The position numbers and the translations under genes were made by a program. Under the pieces are notes generated by a model. It was not told where the DNA came from, did not search any database, and was given only the letters and a program-made list of their open reading frames with translations. Shown in pieces: positions 57,099 to 64,000 of a DNA stretch of 64,000 bases. This DNA comes from Vicinamibacterales bacterium (lineage in GTDB: Bacteria > Acidobacteriota > Vicinamibacteria > Vicinamibacterales > UBA8438). The stretch lies in contig OZ253581.1 of the NCBI GenBank assembly GCA_965263055.1, positions 1,071,794 to 1,135,793 of the forward strand, in the 5' to 3' direction. Each line of letters opens with the position of its first letter. Position 1 is the stretch's first letter.

Positions 57099-58657
57099 CG
57101 CGCAACCTCATCCACATCGTGCTCGACATGTTCCCGTCAGATACGTTCGCCGACATCCTGGACGCCGACCGTTCCGCCTTCGATCGTGACTGGCCCGGTT
57201 TCACGTTCTTCGCCAATCACCTCGGCGTCCATCGAACCACGAGGGGCTCCATGCCCGCGATGCTCTCGGGCGTCGCCTTTCGTAACGAGATGCCGTTCCG
57301 CGAGTTCCTCGCTCGCCATCCATCCGTCTTCCACGCACTCGGCCAGCAAGGCTATCGACTCCGATCGGCGACCTCCATCAGTAGCGACCATCCGAACCCG
57401 TCGTTCTCCGGGGTCGACGCCGCGATCCGATACGACATCCCGACGCCTTACGGCAGCTACCGTGACTATGTCGATGTCGCGACAGCGCAATTGCTGGACC
57501 TATCGCTGTTTCGGCACGCGCCGCACCCATTCAAGCCTGGCATCTACCGTGATCGGCAATGGTTCTTCCAACAGCAGATCGAGTCGCGCCGGGGACCGGC
57601 GGCGACAGCGGAGCGGCCCTTTGGAGACACCGCGTTTCTGCGTGAGTTCGCCAATCGGATCACCCGAGGCGTCGACGCGCCGGTGTACACGCTCCTCCAC
57701 GTGATTACGCCGCACCCGCCGGTCGTGACGGACGCGGACTGCGCGTACGCGCTTAATCGGACGCCCACTGCGGGAGACTTCGCGAACCAGGCACGGTGCG
57801 CCTTGTCAGTGGTCCAGACGCTGCACCATCGACTTCGGTCCCTCGATCTCTACGACCGAAGCGCCATCATCGTCACCTCCGACCACGGACTGAACCTCCT
57901 GCCTGAAGATCAGCATCCATTGCGCCATATGAGATCGCCGGCCGGGGTAACTTTCGCCAAGATCGAGCCTGACGCCACCCCTGTGCTCCTGGTTAAGCCG
58001 GTCGACGCCCGTGGTCCGCTGCAGATCTCGTACGCTCCCACCTCGATTACCGACGTGCCCGCCACTCTGCTCGACCTCGCAGGCCTCCCCGACACTCTGG
58101 GACGTGGCACGTCGGTACTCAGGATGGATCCAGCAGCCTCCCGGCAGCGCACATATGCACACCATGAGCCAGGCGACAGCCCGGATCCTTTCTACGATGC
58201 TCTCTACGTGTTCGCTGTCAACGGGCGGGTCACCGACCCAGATGCCTGGAGCTATCACCGGTCGGTATTCGGGCCCACGGATGATCGCGCAGCGCAACGC
58301 CGAGAGCATCAGATCGGATTGTCTGCAGATCCGGATGACACGGCAACCCAGTCTGGCACTCCCATCTACCGGACCGACGGATACGCGGTCTTTTACGCGG
58401 CGGCCGAGAACTCGCGCGTTACGTTCGATGTCCGCAGGATACCGGCCATGGCCGCTGCCCAGACGGTGACCGTGCGGATCGACGGCGACATCGTTGACCA
58501 ACAGCTACTCGCGGACGACGCTTGGCACACGCTCTCATACCCGGTCGAGGCGCGGTCTTCCGAAGACAGCCCGTTCTGCATCGAGTTGCTGACGAGTCCG
58601 GTCTGGTACGACGCAACAGGCGAGTCCTACGGTCTGATGCTGCGGGGCGACATCTGA
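55850..58657 (+). CDS. PA14-domain + polytopic membrane + alkaline-phosphatase/sulfatase-superfamily (LtaS/MdoB-like) protein
   Basis: 935 aa with a TTG start and an N-terminal TM. PA14-like: NYRVRWQGVWFSP..DFYAGADDGVILRVDGDTV...HRLEIDHWQDGGARSLNVQW. Several TM helices follow. Sulfatase-fold motifs are IHIVLDMFPSD, HRTTRGSMPAMLSG and IIVTSDHG. There is an extra C-terminal domain of about 200 aa. Confidence 0.7.
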   Translation: MTGTTLPAICRRWHPSAFRSGSWYWLGAVSLTVLWLATVGLAPDAGLTRSYWYPGDAATEPILDERIMAVDLAFIDERSRPTRNYRVRWQGVWFSPRAERVDFYAGADDGVILRVDGDTVLERNPALGMHTVARTVELAAGAHRLEIDHWQDGGARSLNVQWAPAGDTRAPLSPTRLFPEDPGALGYWLRVSAMQLPVLVLLVWATGVAVLAGRTVWRTIYRRVTSLSPDERWRRLRTVLFPALLGPSQLLLFGPWTVHVTNRTEFLVGFWELASGWVWLIGPIVGALMALGIVMPVRWFRRYVAGLCAVGVLLWAQGNLLLADYGLLDGGGLDLASHAWRTPFEAGLWVGVLLLAVVFANMVARVATVGSVVLVTLQATVLLVPVGRVATADVPSTPTAETAWRLPPPEIYELSSTRNLIHIVLDMFPSDTFADILDADRSAFDRDWPGFTFFANHLGVHRTTRGSMPAMLSGVAFRNEMPFREFLARHPSVFHALGQQGYRLRSATSISSDHPNPSFSGVDAAIRYDIPTPYGSYRDYVDVATAQLLDLSLFRHAPHPFKPGIYRDRQWFFQQQIESRRGPAATAERPFGDTAFLREFANRITRGVDAPVYTLLHVITPHPPVVTDADCAYALNRTPTAGDFANQARCALSVVQTLHHRLRSLDLYDRSAIIVTSDHGLNLLPEDQHPLRHMRSPAGVTFAKIEPDATPVLLVKPVDARGPLQISYAPTSITDVPATLLDLAGLPDTLGRGTSVLRMDPAASRQRTYAHHEPGDSPDPFYDALYVFAVNGRVTDPDAWSYHRSVFGPTDDRAAQRREHQIGLSADPDDTATQSGTPIYRTDGYAVFYAAAENSRVTFDVRRIPAMAAAQTVTVRIDGDIVDQQLLADDAWHTLSYPVEARSSEDSPFCIELLTSPVWYDATGESYGLMLRGDI

Positions 58658-58791
58658 CGCGACCCTCAACCCGCGCTGACCTGGGCGAGCGCGGCTTGAG
58701 CTGGGCGAAAGCCAATCCTGACAGATCCCCGAGCTGTCTCCGCCCGCCCAACAGTTAACATTGTCCGGCACGACACAGGGCCGAAGACGCG

Positions 58792-59211
58792 ATGAGCCTG
58801 GCAGACGCGCGCTGGATCGACATTCGCCACAACGACGACGCGCGGGGAACGCTGACGGCGCTGGAAGGCGACGAACTTCCGTTTCCGGTCCGGCGGGTTT
58901 TCTACATGCACGGCGTGCCGGAGGGTGGCGAGCGCGGCGCGCATGCGCACCGCTACACGCAGCAGTGCCTGATCGCGGTGGCGGGCGCGTTCACGGTCGA
59001 TTTGTCGGACGGCGCGGCCACGGCCACCTACGTCCTCGACGATCCGAACCGCGCCCTCTATCTGCCGGTCATGACCTGGGCGCACCTGCGCAACTTCCTG
59101 CCCGACACGGTGGCGCTGGCCCTCTGCGATACGGTCTACAATCCGGCCCACGTCGTCCGTTCGTGGGACGAATACCGCCGGCTGGTTCAGGAGATGTCAC
59201 CTACCCCATGA
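58792..59211 (+). CDS. WxcM/FdtA-like cupin (NDP-4-keto-6-deoxyhexose 3,4-ketoisomerase-like)
   Basis: 139 aa, DDARGTLTALEGDELPFPVRRVFYMHGVPEGGERGAHAHRYTQQCLIAVAGAF.V.L.DG, the typical FdtA cupin pattern. Confidence 0.75.
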   Translation: MSLADARWIDIRHNDDARGTLTALEGDELPFPVRRVFYMHGVPEGGERGAHAHRYTQQCLIAVAGAFTVDLSDGAATATYVLDDPNRALYLPVMTWAHLRNFLPDTVALALCDTVYNPAHVVRSWDEYRRLVQEMSPTP

Positions 59212-60644
59212 GCGGCGCGCAGCCCATCGAGAGCGCGGACCGGCCCGGATTCCTGGCCTCGGCCCTGTCCGCCGAAGGCCGCTTCTCCGACGTCTCCGCC
59301 GCCCGCCGCTGGCTGCACGAGCGCCGCCGGACGCAGCGGTGCCACGTCGAACGGATCCCGTTCGCGGCTCTGCGGGGATGGTGCTTCGAGCCGGACTCCG
59401 GTGACCTCACGCACGACTCGGGACACTTCTTCCGCGTGCAGGGCGTCCGGGCCCGGTCCGACTTCCCCGCCCCCCTCCGTTTCGAGCAGCCGATCGTCAA
59501 CCAGCCCGAGATCGGCGTCCTCGGCATCCTCGCCAAGCGCTTCGACGGCGTCCTGCATTTTCTGCTTCAGGCCAAGATGGAACCGGGCAACATCGACCTC
59601 GTCCAGTTGTCGCCTACGGTCCAGGCGACGCGGAGCAACTACACGCGCGTGCACGGCGGCAAGCGCCCGCGCTATCTCGACTTCTTCCTGCGGCGCGGTG
59701 TCAACCGCGTGCTGGTGGATCAGCTCCAGTCCGAGCAGGGGCTCTTCTTCCTGCGCAAGCGCAACCGGAACATCATCGTGGAGACCCGCGAGGACGTCCC
59801 GCTCCACAACGACTTCCACTGGCTGACGCTCGGGCAGATCAAGAGGCTGATGCAGGAACCGCACACTGTCAACATGGACACCCGCACGGTGATTGCGGCC
59901 GTCCCGCTGGTGGGCGGCGGGGGCGAGGCGCCGGCCGCCGGCAGCCCGCCCCAGCCCGCCGCAGGCAGCTTCGGAGAGGCGCTCATCGCATCGACGCTGG
60001 CCCGGGACGAGGGATGCCAGCCGATCGAGGCAGTGCTGAGTTGGCTGACCGAGATTCGCGCGTGCGCCGAAATCGACTGCCAGCCGTGCGGGCTGAGCAG
60101 CGTGCCGGGGTGGGAGCGCGACGCGCACGAGCTGCGCCAGCGCGACGGCCGGTACTTCCGGGTCTTCGGGGTCGAGGTGGAATCGGACGCCCGCAAGGTG
60201 CCGGGGTGGACGCAGCCGATGGTCCAGCCGGTGGAGACGGGCATCGCCGCCTTCGTCACGCGGCGCATCGGCGGCCTGCTGCACTTCCTGGTGCAGGCGC
60301 GCATGGAACCGGGCGTCTGGAACCTGATCGAGCTCGGTCCGACCGTGCAGTGGCTGCCCGGCGTCCCGACCGACAAAGATCAGGCGCCTTACCTGCTGGA
60401 GGAGGTCATCACCGGGGCCGCGGGCGTCGTCCGGCACCGCTCGACCCAGTGCGAGGAGGGGGGACGCTTCTACCGGTACGCCACCGAGAACATCATCCTC
60501 GAGCTGGACCCGGTCGACGACCGGCCGGCGCCGCCGAACTACACCTGGGTCACCCTCAGCCAACTGAACACGCTGATCCGCTACGGCAACCATTTGAACA
60601 TCGAGGCCCGCAGCGTGCTCGCCTGTCTCGACGTCCAAGGCTAG
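59208..60644 (+). CDS. NDP-hexose 2,3-dehydratase (EvaA/TylX3-type, duplicated domain)
   Basis: ATG 59208 is in ATGA overlap with the upstream stop. Two repeats of the pattern EIGVLGILAKRFDGVLHFLLQAKMEPGN / GIAAFVTRRIGGLLHFLVQARMEPGV are present. It also has SEQGLFFLRKRNRNIIVE...DFHWLTLGQIKRLM...VNMDTRTV. Confidence 0.8.
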   Translation: MSGAQPIESADRPGFLASALSAEGRFSDVSAARRWLHERRRTQRCHVERIPFAALRGWCFEPDSGDLTHDSGHFFRVQGVRARSDFPAPLRFEQPIVNQPEIGVLGILAKRFDGVLHFLLQAKMEPGNIDLVQLSPTVQATRSNYTRVHGGKRPRYLDFFLRRGVNRVLVDQLQSEQGLFFLRKRNRNIIVETREDVPLHNDFHWLTLGQIKRLMQEPHTVNMDTRTVIAAVPLVGGGGEAPAAGSPPQPAAGSFGEALIASTLARDEGCQPIEAVLSWLTEIRACAEIDCQPCGLSSVPGWERDAHELRQRDGRYFRVFGVEVESDARKVPGWTQPMVQPVETGIAAFVTRRIGGLLHFLVQARMEPGVWNLIELGPTVQWLPGVPTDKDQAPYLLEEVITGAAGVVRHRSTQCEEGGRFYRYATENIILELDPVDDRPAPPNYTWVTLSQLNTLIRYGNHLNIEARSVLACLDVQG

Positions 60645-60651
60645 CCACGCC

Positions 60652-61626
60652 GTGCACCTGCTGTTCCTCGGCTATTCCAGCATCGTCCGGCGGCGCGTGC
60701 TGCCCGCCGCACGGTCCGTCCCCGCGATCCGTCGCGTCTCGGTCGCCTCGCGCAGCCAGGGGCGGGACGGGGCGGAGGCCCGCGCCGAGGGCGATGGCAC
60801 GGTTGACCGCTGGCATTCGGACTACGACGAAGCACTCGCCTCCGCCGCGGCCGATCTGGTCTACGTGTCGGGCGCCAACGCGGACCACGCGGAGTGGGTG
60901 ATGCGCGCCCTCGGTCACGGCTGCCACGTCATCGTGGACAAGCCCGCGTTCCTGGACCTAGAGACCGCCGAGGCGGCGGTGCGCCTCGCGCGGGAGCAGA
61001 ACCGGGGCCTGGCCGAGGCGACGGTCTTCCTGTTCCACCCGCAGGCGGCGGCGCTGCGCGCGCTCGTCGACCCGGCCGAGTCGCCTGTCACCCGCGCCAC
61101 CGCCACGTTCTCGTTTCCGCCGCTGCCGCCGGGCGACTTCCGCTACCGCGCCGACCTCGGCGGCGGCAGCCTCTACGACCTCGGCCTCTACGCCGCGGCG
61201 ACGAACCGGCTGCTGTTCGGCGCCGCCCCGGACGACGTGCACTGCAAGGTCCTCTCGCAGCATACCTCGCCAGACGCCGGCGTCGACACGTCGTTCAGCG
61301 TGCTGCTGACCCACAGCGACGGCGGATCCCTGGTGGGCCATTTCGGCTTCGTCACGGCGTATCAGAACCGGCTGTCCGTGGTGACCCGCTCCCGGACCAT
61401 CGATGCGGATCGCCTATTCACGACACCGCCGGACCTGGCGTGCACGCTGCGAGTGCGCGAGGGGCACGACGACCACGCCGTGCCAGTGGCGCCGGGCGAC
61501 GCCTTCGCGCTCTTTCTCGAAGCGTTCGTCGACGCGACAAAGCGGCGCGAGTTCGGCCCCTTCGAACGCGCCCTGCTGGACGACGCCGCGCTGATCGCCC
61601 GCCTGCGCCGGGCGGCCGGGCTCTAG
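60652..61626 (+). CDS. Gfo/Idh/MocA-family oxidoreductase (candidate NDP-hexose C3-ketoreductase)
   Basis: 324 aa with a Rossmann N-terminus LLFLGYSSIVRRRVLPA and HAEWVMRALGHGCHVIVDKP (EKP-like motif). The functional assignment comes from context with the 2,3-dehydratase. Confidence 0.6.
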   Translation: MHLLFLGYSSIVRRRVLPAARSVPAIRRVSVASRSQGRDGAEARAEGDGTVDRWHSDYDEALASAAADLVYVSGANADHAEWVMRALGHGCHVIVDKPAFLDLETAEAAVRLAREQNRGLAEATVFLFHPQAAALRALVDPAESPVTRATATFSFPPLPPGDFRYRADLGGGSLYDLGLYAAATNRLLFGAAPDDVHCKVLSQHTSPDAGVDTSFSVLLTHSDGGSLVGHFGFVTAYQNRLSVVTRSRTIDADRLFTTPPDLACTLRVREGHDDHAVPVAPGDAFALFLEAFVDATKRREFGPFERALLDDAALIARLRRAAGL

Positions 61627-61630
61627 GACC

Positions 61631-62737
61631 ATGGCGATCCAGGTCTGGGACTACCGGGCGGAGTACGAGGCGGAGCGGGAGGATCTCCTCGCCGCCGTGG
61701 ATCAGGTGGCGCGCTCGGGACGCCTGATCCTCGGCGAGAGCGTCCAAAGCTTCGAGCGCGAGCTGGCGGCGTACTGCGGCGCCGGGCACGGGGTCGGCGT
61801 GGGCAGCGGCACCGATGCGCTGGTGCTGGCGCTGCGGGCGCTCGACCTACAGCCGGGCGACGAAGTGATCACTACGTCGAATACCGCCATCCCGACCGTG
61901 TCGGCCATCGTCACTGCGGGCGGGACGCCCCGCTTCGTGGACATCGAACGAGACACCTACCTGATGGACGTATCGCAGCTCGACGCGGCCATCACGGAAA
62001 GGACCCGATGCATCATCCCGGTGCACCTCTTCGGGCAGTGCGTGGCGATGGACCGCGTGCGGGCGGCAGTCGAGCGCCGCGGAATTGTGGTGCTCGAAGA
62101 CTGCGCGCAGAGCACCGGGGCAAAGCAGGCGGGGCGCGGCGCGGGCTCGCTGTCAGACATTGCGGCGTTCTCGTTCTACCCCACCAAGGTCCTCGGCGGC
62201 TACGGCGACGGCGGCATGGTGGTCACCTCGGACGAGGGGCTCGCCACGCGCGTACGGCGGCTCCGAATGTACGGCACCGAGGGACGCTACTTTGCCGAGG
62301 AACACGGCTACAACTCGCGGCTCGACGAGCTGCACGCAGAAATCCTCCGGCGGAAGCTCCGGCGCCTCGACGTGTACATCGAAAGGCGTCGCGGGTTCGC
62401 GCGCCGCTACGACGCGGCGCTCCGGGACTCCGGCCTGCTGCTGCCGGTCACCGCGCCCGGGAACCACCACGTCTACTACCTCTACGTCGTGCGACATCCG
62501 GCCCGCGATGCGATCCTGCAGGAACTGGCCGCGCGGGACATCCTGGTCAACGTCAGCTACCGGTGGCCCATCCACACGATGCCGGCCTACTCGCACCGCG
62601 GCTATCCGGAAGGTTCGTTGCCCGAGACCGAGCAGGCGGCACGGGAGATCTTCTCGCTGCCCATGTATCCTTCGCTGACGGACGCCGAACAAGATCGCGT
62701 TTGCGAGGGGTTGCACGAGATTCTGCCTCGCTCGTAG
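61631..62737 (+). CDS. DegT/DnrJ/EryC1/StrS-family PLP-dependent sugar aminotransferase
   Basis: 368 aa: ILGESVQSFERELAAYCGAGHGVGVGSGTDAL, IPVHLFGQ, and FSFYPTKVLGGYGDGG (PLP Lys). Confidence 0.9.
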   Translation: MAIQVWDYRAEYEAEREDLLAAVDQVARSGRLILGESVQSFERELAAYCGAGHGVGVGSGTDALVLALRALDLQPGDEVITTSNTAIPTVSAIVTAGGTPRFVDIERDTYLMDVSQLDAAITERTRCIIPVHLFGQCVAMDRVRAAVERRGIVVLEDCAQSTGAKQAGRGAGSLSDIAAFSFYPTKVLGGYGDGGMVVTSDEGLATRVRRLRMYGTEGRYFAEEHGYNSRLDELHAEILRRKLRRLDVYIERRRGFARRYDAALRDSGLLLPVTAPGNHHVYYLYVVRHPARDAILQELAARDILVNVSYRWPIHTMPAYSHRGYPEGSLPETEQAAREIFSLPMYPSLTDAEQDRVCEGLHEILPRS

Positions 62738-62743
62738 ATTCGG

Positions 62744-64000
62744 ATGAGACCTTGACGGGAACCACTCTCCTGACTATCTGCCGCCGCTGGTACCCCAGCT
62801 CGTTCCGCGCAGGCTCCTGGTATTTGCTCGGAGCGGTCTCACTGACGTTGTTCTGGTTGGCGACCATCGTACTGGCGCCTGATACCGGGCTCACGCGCAG
62901 CTATTGGTATCCAGCCGACGCCGCGACCGAACCGATCATTGAGGAACGAGTCACGGCCGTCGATCTGGCGTTCATCGACGAGCGAAGCCGGCCGACCCGG
63001 AACTACCGGGTTCGCTGGCGGGGTGTGTGGTTCTCGCCGCGAGCCGAACGCGTTGACTTTCATGCAGGAGCCGACGACGGCGTCATCCTTCGAGTGGACG
63101 GCGACACCATCCTGGAACGCAATCCAGCGGTGGGCATGCATACGACGGCGCGCACCGTGGAGCTTGCGGCAGGAGTGCATCGGCTGGAAATCGACCACTG
63201 GCAAGACGGCGGCGCGCGGAGCCTGGATCTGCAATGGGCGCCCGCCGGCGACACTCCGGCGCCCCTTAACCCGACTCGCCTATTCCCAGAGGATCCGGGC
63301 GCACTGGGCTACTGGCTGCGCTTCGCCGCGATGCGATTGTCCGTGCTCGTCCTGCTGGTCTGGGCGACAGGCGTTGCGGTGCTGGTCGGGCGAACAGTCT
63401 GGCGAACAATCTATCGAAGGGTCACGATCCCGAGCCCGGAGGAGATTCGGCGCCGCCTGCGCGCCATACTGTTCCCTGCGGCGCTCGGCCCCAGCCAGCT
63501 CCTTCTCTTCGGCCCGTGGACGGTGCACGAGACCAACCGGACCGAGTTCCTGGTGGGGTTCTGGGAACTCGCATCCGGCTGGGTCTGGCTCATCGGACCC
63601 GTCGTCGGCACCCTAGCGACACTCGGCATCGTCATGCCGGCCAGGTGGTTCCCACGGTACGTAGCGGGACTCTGCGCGGTCGGGGTGCTGCTCTGGGCGC
63701 AGGGGAACCTGCTACTCGCCGACTACGGGCTACTGGATGGCAGCGGGCTCGACCTGGCATCCCACGCGTGGCGAATGCCGTTCGAAGCCGGCCTATGGAT
63801 CTGTGTACTCCTTCTCGCCGTGGTATTCGCCGACATGGTCGCTCGCGTAGCGCCCGTCGCGTGCGTGGCGCTGGTGGCGCTACAGGCAACCGTCCTCTTG
63901 GTCCCGGTCGGCAGAGTGGCAACAACCGACGTACCCTCGACGCCAACCGCCGAGACCGTTTGGTGGTTGCCGCCGCCAGAGATCTACGAACTCTCAAGCA
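62744..64000 (+). repeat. Direct repeat copy 2 (continues beyond the window)
   Basis: See copy 1. Confidence 0.85.
62752..64000 (+). CDS. Second PA14 + polytopic (+ presumably sulfatase) protein, paralog of 55850-58657; partial, runs off the window
   Basis: TTG 62752 sits in the same context as the first copy. Manual translation gives LTGTTLLTICRRWYPSSFRAGSWY...NYRVRWRGVWFSP...HRLEIDHWQDGGARSLDLQW...PPPEIYELSS. It is colinear with copy 1 at a constant offset of 6902 nt. Confidence 0.75.
   Translation, partial: MTGTTLLTICRRWYPSSFRAGSWYLLGAVSLTLFWLATIVLAPDTGLTRSYWYPADAATEPIIEERVTAVDLAFIDERSRPTRNYRVRWRGVWFSPRAERVDFHAGADDGVILRVDGDTILERNPAVGMHTTARTVELAAGVHRLEIDHWQDGGARSLDLQWAPAGDTPAPLNPTRLFPEDPGALGYWLRFAAMRLSVLVLLVWATGVAVLVGRTVWRTIYRRVTIPSPEEIRRRLRAILFPAALGPSQLLLFGPWTVHETNRTEFLVGFWELASGWVWLIGPVVGTLATLGIVMPARWFPRYVAGLCAVGVLLWAQGNLLLADYGLLDGSGLDLASHAWRMPFEAGLWICVLLLAVVFADMVARVAPVACVALVALQATVLLVPVGRVATTDVPSTPTAETVWWLPPPEIYELSS

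Overview
High-GC bacterial chromosomal segment; the phylum cannot be assigned from sequence alone. Six blocks are visible.

(1) 1-20 kb is a conserved housekeeping core, almost all on the minus strand. It holds rplL-rplJ-rplA-rplK-nusG-secE-tRNATrp-rpmG-tuf and a Thr/Gly/Tyr/Thr tRNA cluster. It continues with rlmB, fused ispDF, plsC, radA, alr, dnaB, rplI-rpsR-rpsF, pth, ctc, prs, tRNAGln, ispE, a LolB-like lipoprotein and a TPR protein.

(2) 20-35 kb is an envelope-glycan island. It contains Trm112, an O-antigen-ligase-like protein, four large GT-C-like polytopic proteins (two are paralogs of an unnamed GDEPHY-motif family) and a GT2 polyprenyl-phosphate-sugar-synthase-like enzyme. It also contains a lipoprotein, a sulfotransferase, and an embedded trio of YceI-like protein, CxxCH-bearing beta-barrel and cytochrome-c-like lipoprotein.

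(3) 35.7-39.9 kb is an IS-driven decay zone. It has an IS3-family element with a stop codon sitting on its slippery site and an rve fragment. It also has a 5'-truncated, frameshifted carbamoyltransferase, a GT-C fragment, a frameshifted IS110 fragment and an orphan RHH antitoxin.

(4) 39.9-49.5 kb carries purH, selA, nqrM, apbE and nqrBCDEF, with no nqrA.

(5) 49.7-55.7 kb has a roughly 918-aa all-coiled-coil protein of visibly lower GC. Next to it are remnants of TonB-dependent-receptor-like genes and a small AT-rich-fronted two-ORF module.

(6) 55.8-64 kb has two paralogous PA14 + polytopic + sulfatase-superfamily proteins on long direct repeats. They bracket a four-gene deoxy-aminosugar cassette (FdtA-like isomerase, NDP-hexose 2,3-dehydratase, Gfo/Idh/MocA reductase, DegT aminotransferase).

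The best candidates for something undescribed are block 6, the GDEPHY-family/GT-C island and the CxxCH-barrel trio. All functional calls rest on by-eye motif recognition; no database search was run.
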